Of a stretch of DNA of 48,910 nt, positions 8,603 through 19,317 are shown piece by piece (position 1 is the first letter of the stretch; each line of letters opens with the position of its first letter). Source of the stretch: Promethearchaeota archaeon (GTDB lineage Archaea; Asgardarchaeota; Lokiarchaeia; Sigyniarchaeales; SOKP01); the NCBI GenBank assembly GCA_016840085.1, contig JAEOTA010000082.1:1-48910 (forward strand), in the 5' to 3' direction. The notes under the pieces were generated by a model, which was given only the letters and a program-made list of their open reading frames with translations, had not been told where the DNA came from and did not search any database. Both the position numbers and the translations under genes were made by a program.

Positions 8603-9880
8603 TTATTTTATTTCACTTAGATTAATACCCTTTGTTTCCTTTAAGAAAAAGTAAATAAGTGGTATAATTATTATGTATAATAGACTAAAAATAATGAATG
8701 ATAATGCTAATCCTTGATTAAAAGTAATAATACTACTTATTATTAAACCAACAGTAATTCCAACTGAACTAATTAGAGTTTTTAACCCTGTTCCTGTCCC
8801 TCTTGATTGTGTGGGGATTATTTCTAATGTGATAATGCTTATGAGTATTCTAAGACCCCAATAGGATAGGTTGGCTAAGCCAGCCCCTATGGAGACTACT
8901 AATAATGCACCCTCAGATAAACTTGTGCCAAAAACAGTTATTAAGATCGAAATAGGAAAGATAATAGAATATATATAACACAACGGTTTTCTACCATATT
9001 TGTCAGCTATTATAGCTGTTATAAGATAGCCTATAATTGAGGCCCCCCCCATCACATAAACGATTATATCAACATCTCCTTCAGTTAATGGACTATCTGA
9101 AATGAAATCTTCTCCAACTAAGATAAAAATGTTATTTAATCCAATAATTAGACTTATTCCTAAAATAACTATAAATTCTGTTTTACGACTAGATTTAAAG
9201 ATTCTTTTGATGTTGTCTTTAAATAATTTAGGATGAGATTCAAGAGTGGTAGCTCTTTCTTTAATTTCTAAATATTTTGAAGTCTCTTTAAATGTAAAAA
9301 ATATTATGAAACTTAAGGGGATTCCTAATACAATTGCAAAATAAGTCATACCTCTCCAATTTGTTGTTAAACTATGAAATACAGGGATTAATAAAGCACC
9401 AACTACACCTCCAATTAAGACAAGATTAGTATAAAAAGCCCTCTTTTCAGCAGGACTTTCTTCATTGATATAAATAACCCAAATATCTGAATTGAAGAAA
9501 AAATACAATAAGAACAAAAAGACAGTATAAAAAACGATATTAGTTGATAAGGCGATAAATAAAGAGCATATTCCCATTCCAAAAACAGTAAAGACTAAGA
9601 GTATTTTTCTTCCAATTTTATCTGCTAAGTATTGATTTAATAACACAAAATACATACCAAATGTTGCTATTGCTACAAATATTTGATAAAAAGAAATTGC
9701 TGCATTTTCAGTAAGATTTGAGAAGAATTCTCCAGATATAGATGAGACAACTACGTTAAGACTATTAGTTGTATATGTATCTAATATTTCTACAAATATC
9801 AAGATAAATATCATGTATTTAAAATATGATGACGTTTTCGATCTTTTATTTCCAGTTTTAATATCGTTCATAGTCATCAC
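8603..9880 (-). CDS. MFS transporter
   Basis: About 12 hydrophobic segments; motif A twice (LADKIGRK, IADKYGRK); EESPAEKRA, EIIPTQSRG and C-terminal KETKG. Confidence 0.9.
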   Translation of the reverse strand: MMTMNDIKTGNKRSKTSSYFKYMIFILIFVEILDTYTTNSLNVVVSSISGEFFSNLTENAAISFYQIFVAIATFGMYFVLLNQYLADKIGRKILLVFTVFGMGICSLFIALSTNIVFYTVFLFLLYFFFNSDIWVIYINEESPAEKRAFYTNLVLIGGVVGALLIPVFHSLTTNWRGMTYFAIVLGIPLSFIIFFTFKETSKYLEIKERATTLESHPKLFKDNIKRIFKSSRKTEFIVILGISLIIGLNNIFILVGEDFISDSPLTEGDVDIIVYVMGGASIIGYLITAIIADKYGRKPLCYIYSIIFPISILITVFGTSLSEGALLVVSIGAGLANLSYWGLRILISIITLEIIPTQSRGTGTGLKTLISSVGITVGLIISSIITFNQGLALSFIIFSLLYIIIIPLIYFFLKETKGINLSEIK

Positions 9881-10130
9881 GGGCTTAATGAAAAAATTGG
9901 TGAGATTTTTATGTTAATATTAAAAATTATTTCAATTTTATGAGTAGAGTTAAATTTTAATAATTAATAAAGTCTATAAGAATTTTTAATTTAATTCAAG
10001 AAATGAGTTTAGAGAAAGGAGTAGTTTATATATTTTAATTTAAATAAAAGATCGAACTTTTAATTAAGAAAAGTTTCGAATAGTTTTAATTAAATACTTT
10101 TGTATTACTTAAAATTTAAATATTAAATAT

Positions 10131-10559
10131 TTGATAAAACAACTAATAGGAATAGGGTTGAGTATTATCTTATCGTATACTATTAAGTTTGATTGGGAAG
10201 CTTTAAAAAATACTGAAAAAGAATATAAAAACATCGAATTTTCAACAGAAAAATCAGAGTTAATTCAAGAATTATCAAATGTTTTATGTGAGATTATAAA
10301 AATTCCAGAATTAGCAATGAGAGGCATAATTTATAAAGCTATATCAGATTGGCAAATTAAAAATAATAAAGTAATTAGAGATATAGAAAAAATGCCTATA
10401 GGGAAAAGATTAAACTCCTTTAAAGAGATTTTTAATATTGGCAGAAGAATATTGAAGAATATGGTAAATGATCCTATTCCGCAATGTGATATAATGATAG
10501 ATATCGCATTTGAAAGAGCGTTTAAGATTTATCTTAGATTTATTAATCAAAATCTTTGA
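10131..10559 (+). CDS. Hypothetical all-alpha protein
   Basis: 142-codon ORF, TTG start (true start uncertain), no recognised motif. Confidence 0.6.
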   Translation: MIKQLIGIGLSIILSYTIKFDWEALKNTEKEYKNIEFSTEKSELIQELSNVLCEIIKIPELAMRGIIYKAISDWQIKNNKVIRDIEKMPIGKRLNSFKEIFNIGRRILKNMVNDPIPQCDIMIDIAFERAFKIYLRFINQNL

Positions 10560-10623
10560 TAATTAAAATTAATAGATAAACTTCTTTTTACTTTTAATTA
10601 TATTGAATCAGTAAGAAATTTCA

Positions 10624-11346
10624 TTATAATTTTAATTTATTAATGAGTATTTGAAAATTATTCTCTAAATTGTAATATTTTATCATGTCAAGTGGTTCAT
10701 CAATATTATCTAAGTTTTTGATATTATGTGTGTCGCACCCTATTGCCACAGGGATATTGTTTTCTTTTAATTTCTCAAAAAAAAGTTTATTTTGGAGAGA
10801 GTAATAGGTAGAATAACTTGAGTTAAACTCAAAATAGATATTATTTTCTTTTAGGAAATTAATCAAAATATCAAGATTTCCGTGAATAAAGTAAGAAGGG
10901 TCAAAATGTGCCAAACCTAAAATAGGAAATTCATTTAATGGCTTAAAACATCTCTTCCAAAATTGAATAATATCCCTAAGAAACCCGATAGCTTCAAAAG
11001 TATCAAGATATTCGAATAACATTAAATTAAATTTCTCTGGTTCTATATATTTCTTTATAAATCCTTCAGAACTTGAAAGATCTATTTCAATCCCTTTAAA
11101 AAGAGTTAATTCTTTATCATTTTTATTTAAATAATTTTGACAATTTGAAATTGTATTTAAGTATTCTTCTATCTTTATATTATCTTTTAATTTAGAAACC
11201 CATGATTTCCATGAATCTGTAAAGTGATCAGTGATAGCAATATAATCTAATTTTAATTTTAATGATTTTTTAATAATTTGTTCGATGGAATTTTTCCCAT
11301 CCGAAAAACTCGAATGGATATGAAGATTAATCCTTGGAAAAGTCAT
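10624..11346 (-). CDS. PHP-domain phosphoesterase
   Basis: NLHIHSSFSDG, ITDH, GIEID, AH and GCDTH metal-binding motifs. Confidence 0.9.
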   Translation of the reverse strand: MTFPRINLHIHSSFSDGKNSIEQIIKKSLKLKLDYIAITDHFTDSWKSWVSKLKDNIKIEEYLNTISNCQNYLNKNDKELTLFKGIEIDLSSSEGFIKKYIEPEKFNLMLFEYLDTFEAIGFLRDIIQFWKRCFKPLNEFPILGLAHFDPSYFIHGNLDILINFLKENNIYFEFNSSYSTYYSLQNKLFFEKLKENNIPVAIGCDTHNIKNLDNIDEPLDMIKYYNLENNFQILINKLKL

Positions 11347-11452
11347 TTTGTGAAATTTTAAGATTTAAAAATAAAGTTCAAAGAGAATTAGTTATTTAAA
11401 GAATAAATTTTTAAAGATTTTTTCTTATTAAAAATAATTTCAATAGTATTAT

Positions 11453-13336
11453 TTATATTCCAAGTGTTCTTGTTTCTCGATTTCTATATAAGCATAATGG
11501 TCCACTAAACAAGAGTGTTATACCAAAGAAAACAAGAATCGATATAAAAAGATATTCTCCAGTAGTTTGCGACACTATTGTATTCCCAAATGAGAGACTT
11601 TCTATAGAAAGAATGTCCATTGCAAAGAATGAGATTAATATAAAAATAAATAATGAAGAGATTATTTGAACAATACCTATTATAAAATTTATATAATAAA
11701 TCAACCTGGCTTTAGTTTTCTTTAGTTCAATAATGCGACCAATTCCAATATCAATAGCAACTTCATCTTTGTTGATTTTTTTAATAAAGAAATATACTAC
11801 TTCTTTAAGAGGGATAATATCAAAAAAAACAGAACCTATGGCAAAAAGCAATATAAATATTAAAATCCTTGATAAAATATAGCTAAAAATTGATGGAAAT
11901 CCTTGAACGGGAGAATTTAAAACACTACAATTGTTTATAATCCATAAGAAAATTCCTACAAGAATTATTGCGAAAAATTTTAATCCAGCTAATGTTAACG
12001 TAATTGAATGACGATCTGCTATTGTTAATAAATAATATGTTATTCCAATAACAAAAATAATCAATCCAAGAATCACAGCGTTTGGATTGAGAACAAAAGC
12101 CAAAATTAAACAGCTAGAACCGACAATTACTGGTAAATATGGGAAGAATGGTGCTTTAAAAGGACGATCCAATTCTTTCCTTTTATATCTCAAGCTAACT
12201 GCAGCGAAATTGACAAATGCTAATCCAATGAAATAAATGAATGTTGTAATATTAGCTGTAAATCCAATATTCGCAAAAAGTATTGCTAAAATTGTAAAGA
12301 TTATCGCGATAATAGTACTGACTATTAACACTAAGGTAGGAACATTTGTTTTTTTGCTTACTTTTAATAATTTTTTTGATACATAATGATCTCTTGCGAG
12401 AGCATGCATTACTGCTACAGAAGACCCTAAAGCGGCATTCATCGCTATAAAAGTTGAAATGGTTGCTGCAATTCCCATTAGCAAATATCCTGGAAAGCCT
12501 AAAATATCATTCATTACTAATGCTAATAAAATAGGAGAGTCTTCTAACCCTGTTGTATCATTGCCAATATTAATCATTACTACGATTGTTATAGATAAAT
12601 AAATAAACATTGTTATTAATATTGCAAAAATGTTAGTTTTAGGAATGTTTTTTGAGGGATTTTTCAAGTCTGCATTTATATAAGCTAAATTTGAGGTAAT
12701 ACTTGTAAAAAAAATAAATAACATTGAAAACATTAAAATAACACTAAAGAAATTTGTTTCAGAATATAGAAAACTTGGATCATATCCAGAGATATTGGTA
12801 GTAGGAGCAATAAAAAGCCCTGAAACGATAAAAATTCCGAAAATAATTAGTAATATAATCGTTAAAGAAATAAGAGATCGTAATGCTATCTTTTGAGTCC
12901 TAAAGACAACAATCGCTGTAAAAAGTATTGATATAATTGCAATTGCAATAAATAAGTTTTTAATCAAGGGAAAAGGAAAGAAAGCTTCAATTACGATAGC
13001 AAATGCTTGAGCTGAAAATGAGAATGTTGCTATATTAGCGACCCATAAAAAAAACCCAATTATGTAGGCTAAAAAGCCTCCTAATCCCTCTTTACTAAAA
13101 TTATAAGCTCCACCAGAGATAGGTAAGCTAGTAGATAATTCACTATAGTTAAGAGCAGTGAAAAATATTAATATTCCTCCTAAAATTAGACTAATTAAAA
13201 CACCGGATTTCGCTTCATCAATAGCGGCCCCTAATAGAACAAAAATCGAGCCTCCAATTCCACATCCAATTCCGTATAAAATTCCTGAGCCTAATCCGAC
13301 AGTTCTGGTTGGAGGTATGATTTCTTTTTCAGTCAA
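11453..13336 (-). CDS. APC-family amino acid permease with extra C-terminal TM segments
   Basis: GCGIGGSIF, NYSELSTSLPISGGAY, DLKNPSKNIP, ALARD and RPFKAPFFP motifs; about 4 further TM helices after the core. Confidence 0.9.
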   Translation of the reverse strand: MTEKEIIPPTRTVGLGSGILYGIGCGIGGSIFVLLGAAIDEAKSGVLISLILGGILIFFTALNYSELSTSLPISGGAYNFSKEGLGGFLAYIIGFFLWVANIATFSFSAQAFAIVIEAFFPFPLIKNLFIAIAIISILFTAIVVFRTQKIALRSLISLTIILLIIFGIFIVSGLFIAPTTNISGYDPSFLYSETNFFSVILMFSMLFIFFTSITSNLAYINADLKNPSKNIPKTNIFAILITMFIYLSITIVVMINIGNDTTGLEDSPILLALVMNDILGFPGYLLMGIAATISTFIAMNAALGSSVAVMHALARDHYVSKKLLKVSKKTNVPTLVLIVSTIIAIIFTILAILFANIGFTANITTFIYFIGLAFVNFAAVSLRYKRKELDRPFKAPFFPYLPVIVGSSCLILAFVLNPNAVILGLIIFVIGITYYLLTIADRHSITLTLAGLKFFAIILVGIFLWIINNCSVLNSPVQGFPSIFSYILSRILIFILLFAIGSVFFDIIPLKEVVYFFIKKINKDEVAIDIGIGRIIELKKTKARLIYYINFIIGIVQIISSLFIFILISFFAMDILSIESLSFGNTIVSQTTGEYLFISILVFFGITLLFSGPLCLYRNRETRTLGI

Positions 13337-13407
13337 ATTATCTCATTAAATTGATAATCTCAGTCTAAAATAAAAATTTTTTAGTAAATTTATTATATAC
13401 TGGTAAA

Positions 13408-14862
13408 TCATGATTTTTCTAAATGGAAAAACCCTGAAACTAAAGATAAAACAGCTCCTATCAATAAAAATACACCCATTATTAAGTTATTTATATCACC
13501 AAAATCTATAAAATTAAATAATACTCCAAATGCCCAAATAATAAAAAATATTCCAATACCAATTAAGATACCACCAAAGAATTTTGAAGCCCTATAAATT
13601 GCAGATAATACTTCTAATCTGTGTATTCGGCTTTCTTTATCTCTAATTTCTTTTTCTTGACTTTCTAACTCCGTTTTTAATTGTTGTAGGATAAGTCTAG
13701 AATCATTAGTACTATTTTCAATGGCTTCCTTAGCCCTTGCTAATTTTTCATGATCTGTTTCCATTTGTTGCAATTTTTCTGTTAAGGCATCAAATCGCTC
13801 TTCTCGCTCAAGGTATTCCATATTCGTAGTTTCTATCTTTTGCTTTAATTCTTCCATTCTTTTTTCATTTGCCTCAATCAAACTTTCTTTCTTACTTATT
13901 TGCTCGTTTAGGTTCTCTACGGTATCACCTACTTCTTGAATTCGAGATTCAATGTCAATTAATTGTTGTTGTTTATCAGTCAACTGAACTTTATATTTAG
14001 CAAGAAGCTCTTCATATATTTCCCTTTGTTTTTCCATTTCAGGAAAACCTTCATGATATTCTTGAATTCTTTGCTCAACTTCTTTAATTCTTCTCTCTTT
14101 TTTCTCAACTTGTTCTGTTAACAGATTCTTCTCTTCTTCTTTAGCTTCAATTTCATTATTAGAATGCTCTACTTCAATTTTATTTTTACTTATTGAGACT
14201 CTTAATGTTTCATTTTCTGCGCGTTGACTTTTTAATTTCTTCTCTAACGCTTCTGATTCTTCTCTCTGTTTATCTAATTTAATTTCATTTTCTTGTATGT
14301 CTTGATTCAATTTTGAAATCCTGTTTCGAAGTTCATCTTGAGTAGTAACTTTTTCTTTTACCGAATCTGTTAAAACAATCAAATCTACTTGTCTACTTTC
14401 GTAAGTTTTTACTAATTGTTCATTATTTCTTAGGAGCTCTTTATATTCTTCTTCTAAATTCTCTTTACTTTCTTTAGTAATTTGTAATCTTTCGTCTAAG
14501 TTGTTCATTTCCTCTGTTTTCTTGTTATATTTCTCTTCTAACTCAACGATGGTTTTTTCTATAGCTGCAAGGTATTCTTCTTTATCATCAATTTTTTTTG
14601 TTATGGTGTCAAATTTATTTTGAGCTTCCTTGATATCCTCATCAATTTCCGCTACTTGTTTTTTACTTATCTCTTTTTCTTCAATACTTTCTCCATTCGT
14701 TATCGTCTCTGAAATATCTTCAATAGTATTTTCGAATGTTCTTAATTTTTTATCAATCATATCTCTTGAATTTTTTGCTTTAGATAAAAATTCTTTATCT
14801 ACTTTATCTGTTTCCTTTTCCGATTTACTTTCCTTTTCTTCGCCATTAAATTCTTCTGTCAT
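13408..14862 (-). CDS. Long coiled-coil protein with C-terminal two-TM hairpin
   Basis: About 400 aa of E/K/Q-rich heptads followed by two hydrophobic helices; no ATPase motifs. Confidence 0.8.
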   Translation of the reverse strand: MTEEFNGEEKESKSEKETDKVDKEFLSKAKNSRDMIDKKLRTFENTIEDISETITNGESIEEKEISKKQVAEIDEDIKEAQNKFDTITKKIDDKEEYLAAIEKTIVELEEKYNKKTEEMNNLDERLQITKESKENLEEEYKELLRNNEQLVKTYESRQVDLIVLTDSVKEKVTTQDELRNRISKLNQDIQENEIKLDKQREESEALEKKLKSQRAENETLRVSISKNKIEVEHSNNEIEAKEEEKNLLTEQVEKKERRIKEVEQRIQEYHEGFPEMEKQREIYEELLAKYKVQLTDKQQQLIDIESRIQEVGDTVENLNEQISKKESLIEANEKRMEELKQKIETTNMEYLEREERFDALTEKLQQMETDHEKLARAKEAIENSTNDSRLILQQLKTELESQEKEIRDKESRIHRLEVLSAIYRASKFFGGILIGIGIFFIIWAFGVLFNFIDFGDINNLIMGVFLLIGAVLSLVSGFFHLEKS

Positions 14863-15474
14863 CTTATTGCATTTATAAATATTGGATTTATATTATTTTT
14901 ACCTCATTTAGAATTAGATTTTTAAATTAAAAAGTTTAGTTTTTGCAAGTGCAAATTTGATTAAATAGGTGTCGATTTAAATAATCGATCATTTTTACAT
15001 GTACACTTCTAATAAGCGTCTTATGAATTATACTTATTTTAGATATTTAAATTTTGATCTTTTCTTTTTATTATTTAGGCGTTAGGACAAAACCAATAAA
15101 TAAATTTAAAAACGATTATGTCTTAAAAGGTAGTCTATATTTAGGCAATATAGAAATTTAAATTAAATCATACAAATCGAATGTTCCAAAAACCTATATA
15201 GAGTTAAAAATATTTAAACAATTAAAAAAATTTCCACAGTTTGATCCTTCTTCTAAATAATACTTTTTAATAATTACTTTTTTTAACTTATTTTATTTTT
15301 TAAACCTTTTAATCTTAATTTATAAATAGTTTTTTATTATTTCTAGTAAGATCTTCTTTTGAATAATTATTAAAAAAAATTTAATGGGTAAAGATATGGT
15401 AAAAGCTTTTAAAATCCTTTCAATTTTACGTTTTGATGTAAAAAGCTAAATTTAACAACGATAGGGAAATAAAC

Positions 15475-16953
15475 ATGATTAATTCATCAATAAAATCTAA
15501 ATTAAAAGGGATCGTCGGAGAAAAATATATAACAGATGATCCAGTCGAGTTATATTGTTATTCTCATGATTTTGTGAGTCGAGCCTTAAGTTGGATGAAT
15601 AGAGATTATAATTTAACGCCTGATCTAGTGATTAAACCACTAAATACTGATCAAGTTAAAGAAATTATAGATATTGCGAATAACGAGCATTTAGAGATCA
15701 TCCCAAGGGGAGCAGGAACAAGTTATGGTGGTCAATTTCTGCCGATTAAAGGGGGTGTAATTTTAGATTTTAATCGAATGAACAAAATTCTTGAGATTAA
15801 TACAGAAGATAATTTTGCAATTGTTGAACCTGGCGTATTATATAAAGATTTAAGTAAAAGACTAAGGAATACAGGCAAGGGATATTGGATTCCGTGTAAT
15901 CCTGGATCTGCTGATGTGTGTACAATCGGAGGAATGATTGCTAACAATGCGTCTGGAGAATCGGCAATAAAATATGGGACGACTAGAGACTATGTTTTAA
16001 ACTTGAAAACAATTCTCGGTACAGGACAAAAGATTCAACTAGGACGACTTGTAAAAAAAACTGTGTCAGGATTAGACTTGTTAAGCTTATTTATCGGATC
16101 CGAGGGCACATTAGGAGTGATTACTGAAGCAACGCTACAATTTATTGCTCTTCCTGAAAGTTTCATAACAGTTTTAGGTTTTTTTGATTCGATAGAAGTG
16201 GTTGTTCAAATGGCTAAAAAAATTAAAGACTATATAATTCCAATGTCACTCGAAATAGTTGATCAACTAATATTAAGCGGAATGAATTCATATTTATCAA
16301 GATTAACCCCTAAAATCGTATTAAAGGTCGTCGAAGCCGCTTTACTCGTACGCTTAGATGGAGATGAGAAAGTCATATCAGATCATGCCAATTATATTGC
16401 AAATTTAATTTCCAGAAACAAATATTCTTCAGATGTTAAAATTTTAAGAGGAATTGAACATGATTATCTTTGGAAAGCAAGAGATGGTGCTGGCCCGTCG
16501 TTACTTCGCATTATTCGGCCTTTTAGAAATGTAGCGACGTTCCCTCCAGCAATTATGGATTTTTCGGTTCCGTATAGCAAGATTTATAGTTTAATGAATA
16601 AATTGGCTGAAATAATGAAAGCTAATAATTTAGCATTTAGCAGGCTCGGACATTTAGGTGACGGCAATGTACATTTACTTTGCACTATTCCATTAAAATC
16701 TAAAGCTGATATACAAAAAATTAGTGATATTCAAAATGAATTGGTAAAATTAGCAATATCATTTGGTGGTTCAGTTACTGCAGAACACGGATGTGGTGTT
16801 TGGAAAGCACCCTATTTAGATTTGGAACATGGGAAAGAAGTAATTGAACTTATGAGTAAAATCAAATCAATATTCGATCCTAATAATATCTTGAACCCTG
16901 GAAAAATGTATTCTATTAATAAATTGGCACTTTTTCCAACTACCAATAAATAG
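15475..16953 (+). CDS. glcD: FAD-linked oxidase, GlcD / D-lactate dehydrogenase family
   Basis: ATG at 15475 reads MINSS on the + strand (track strand label wrong); PRGAGTS, TIGGMIANNASG, GSEGTLG, GHLGDGNVH, AEHG.G and DPNNILNPGK motifs. Confidence 0.9.
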   Translation: MINSSIKSKLKGIVGEKYITDDPVELYCYSHDFVSRALSWMNRDYNLTPDLVIKPLNTDQVKEIIDIANNEHLEIIPRGAGTSYGGQFLPIKGGVILDFNRMNKILEINTEDNFAIVEPGVLYKDLSKRLRNTGKGYWIPCNPGSADVCTIGGMIANNASGESAIKYGTTRDYVLNLKTILGTGQKIQLGRLVKKTVSGLDLLSLFIGSEGTLGVITEATLQFIALPESFITVLGFFDSIEVVVQMAKKIKDYIIPMSLEIVDQLILSGMNSYLSRLTPKIVLKVVEAALLVRLDGDEKVISDHANYIANLISRNKYSSDVKILRGIEHDYLWKARDGAGPSLLRIIRPFRNVATFPPAIMDFSVPYSKIYSLMNKLAEIMKANNLAFSRLGHLGDGNVHLLCTIPLKSKADIQKISDIQNELVKLAISFGGSVTAEHGCGVWKAPYLDLEHGKEVIELMSKIKSIFDPNNILNPGKMYSINKLALFPTTNK

Positions 16954-16975
16954 TAAATTTGTTTGGTGAGTAAAG

Positions 16976-18139
16976 ATGAGAGAAAAACAAATCCTCGGAA
17001 TAATTTGGAAGTGCAATTTATGTGGATTTTGTCCGAAAGATTTTGAATGCCCAGCATTTGACGATGATGCTCGTTGGGAAAGTAGTTATGCTCGAGGTAA
17101 AGTTTCTATAGTCCATAAAATATTACAAGATGCAGAATGTGGTTTTCAAAATAGTGCTCTTGCTAGAGCCCGTCTTTTTTCATGTACTGGCTGCGGTCAT
17201 TGCCTATATATTTGTCCTTCGGGAATTGATATTCCCACGATCATAACTTTAGGTAAGAAAAAATTAGTTGAAGCGAATAATTACCCTGAAGCACATAAAA
17301 AAATTGTAAAAAATATTAAAAATTATGGTAACCCATTTGGTGAGAAAGACCCACGAGATTTATCGTGGCCAGAATTGAAATCAAATGTTGACGCGGAAAT
17401 CGTTTATTTCCCAGGCTGTATGGCTATTTATCGACTTCCAGATATAGCGTTGAGTACTATAAAATTATTTAAAAAGCTAGGAGAAAATATCAAGGTCTTA
17501 GAAAACGAAACTTGTTGTTGCGGAATTTTGTATCGTATTGGTAATATTGATTTATTAGCTGAATATACTCGACCAATGTTGGACGAATTAAATAAGAAGC
17601 CGCCAAAACAGATAATCTTTACTTGTCCCGGATGTTTAGTGACATTTAAAGAGAATTACAAATCTGAATTAAAAGAAAAATTCGAGAAAACAAAATTATT
17701 ACATTTCTCAGAATATTTACTTGATAAAATATCAAGATTGGGAGATCTTAAATCAAAGATAAAAGACTTACTTGAAACTGAAATAAAAGGACCAATTATC
17801 TGGCACGATCCTTGCCACTTAGCCCGTGGTTTAGGCATCTATAACGAACCTAGGGCAATTTTAGATACTATTAAATTGCCTTACATGGAATTCAAACAAA
17901 ATCGGGAAAATTCAAACTGTTGTGGTTCAGGTTCGGGGGTTCGATCTGCATATCCAGAATTAGCTGAAAACACTACAATACAGCGTTTAGAAGAAGTTAA
18001 AGAGTTAGAAGCACGGACAATTTTAACCGCTTGTCCATTTTGCGAGTATCAATTTAATTCTGTTATAAAAAAGAATGGTTATGATATTAATATTATGGAT
18101 CTTAATAGTTTGCTAGTAAAATTAATCTTATTACTTTAA
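16976..18139 (+). CDS. glcF: Fe-S oxidoreductase, GlcF/HdrD-like (two 4Fe-4S motifs plus two CCG domains)
   Basis: ATG at 16976 is on the + strand (track label wrong); CNLCGFC..CP, CTGCGHC...CP, CCCG, CPGC, HDPCHL, CCGSG and TACPFC. Confidence 0.88.
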   Translation: MREKQILGIIWKCNLCGFCPKDFECPAFDDDARWESSYARGKVSIVHKILQDAECGFQNSALARARLFSCTGCGHCLYICPSGIDIPTIITLGKKKLVEANNYPEAHKKIVKNIKNYGNPFGEKDPRDLSWPELKSNVDAEIVYFPGCMAIYRLPDIALSTIKLFKKLGENIKVLENETCCCGILYRIGNIDLLAEYTRPMLDELNKKPPKQIIFTCPGCLVTFKENYKSELKEKFEKTKLLHFSEYLLDKISRLGDLKSKIKDLLETEIKGPIIWHDPCHLARGLGIYNEPRAILDTIKLPYMEFKQNRENSNCCGSGSGVRSAYPELAENTTIQRLEEVKELEARTILTACPFCEYQFNSVIKKNGYDINIMDLNSLLVKLILLL

Positions 18140-18276
18140 ATTCTTTAAAGACAAATTTTCGAACAACTATTAAAACAATCTGTAATTTCCTATTTGGAGA
18201 GATATTTATTGCTGTCTTTTTCAAAAAATAAATAGAAATTTCATCTATGGTTCACTTTAGAAAAGTCTATCAGAGT

Positions 18277-19239
18277 TCAATTTCCTTCTATAAAATCAAT
18301 AACTTCATCATAGGATGTATTTGGCATAGGGCCAAAAAAACTGCTGACTTTTAATGCTCCCACTGCATTTGCGAATTTAGCAATTCTTTCCAAGTTCCAT
18401 CCTGCTAAATATCCAATTACAAACGCCCCTCCAAAAGAATCTCCTGCTCCTGTTGGATCAATTTCTTTAACTTTGAATCCCTTACATTTTAATCCTTCTT
18501 TTCTATCCGGAGTATAGACAGTACACCCCTTATTGCCTTGTTTTAACACAATAATTTTTATACCTTTTTCAAGTAATTTTTGACACGCTTTTGTTGAGTT
18601 AGGTACACCAGCTATCATTTCTGCTTCTTTTCCACTTGGTAATAAAATATCAGTAACTTCTAGCACAGGGTGGCAAATCTCTAATATTTTTTCTAATCTC
18701 ATCATTTCAGGTCTTAAATTTGGATCAAATGAAATCATTACATCAGGATTCTTCGCTTTTGCTATCTTTATTGCTTTATAACAAGCCTCCTGTGAACTTA
18801 AACTTATAGAAAGAGCACTTCCCATTATATGTAGGTTCTTAATATCGTTGAAATATTCGCTATTGATATATTCAAGGGAAGTTTCACTCGCAGCTCCTGC
18901 TGCAAAAATGAACTTTCGTGAACCATCTGAATTATACTGATTAAATGCTATACCAGTATGTTTATCATTTGAAATTCTTATTTGTGATATATCTACATTA
19001 TCTCTTTTTAACTTCTCAATAATTGATTTCCCAAACTCATCATCACCAATTACTCCAATATATCCTGTTGTAAAACCAAAAGGTCTACCCATTCGAGCTG
19101 CAGAATCAATAAAAATAACTGGTGCTCCACTTGGAAAGGGTCCTCTATAAATAGCTCCAATTGTGCCATGTGGAGTATCTAATTCAGGACGCATAATCTC
19201 AACTAATAATTCACCTAAAGAAATTATATCAGGACACAT
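18277..19239 (-). CDS. PfkB-family sugar kinase
   Basis: SLGELLVE, SGAP, G.IGDDEFG, FDPNLRP and DPTGAGDSF motifs. Confidence 0.92.
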   Translation of the reverse strand: MCPDIISLGELLVEIMRPELDTPHGTIGAIYRGPFPSGAPVIFIDSAARMGRPFGFTTGYIGVIGDDEFGKSIIEKLKRDNVDISQIRISNDKHTGIAFNQYNSDGSRKFIFAAGAASETSLEYINSEYFNDIKNLHIMGSALSISLSSQEACYKAIKIAKAKNPDVMISFDPNLRPEMMRLEKILEICHPVLEVTDILLPSGKEAEMIAGVPNSTKACQKLLEKGIKIIVLKQGNKGCTVYTPDRKEGLKCKGFKVKEIDPTGAGDSFGGAFVIGYLAGWNLERIAKFANAVGALKVSSFFGPMPNTSYDEVIDFIEGN

Positions 19240-19317
19240 TATTTAACCTCAACATAATTATTTGTACAGAAAAATTACTAAAAAATAAAATATTTTAACC
19301 TATATAAAAAACAAGAA

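Noticed and set aside
13408-14862. SMC/Rad50 or chemoreceptor assignment for the coiled-coil protein
   Set aside because: No Walker motifs, hinge or MCP signalling hairpin
15075-15260. + frame of about 60 codons with one internal stop in the long intergenic gap
   Set aside because: No start context or recognisable similarity; not distinguishable from chance
15475-18139. ORF-track minus-strand labels for the 492-aa and 387-aa ORFs
   Set aside because: The + strand reads ATG ATT AAT TCA at 15475 and ATG AGA GAA AAA at 16976, matching the given translations, so both genes are on the + strand
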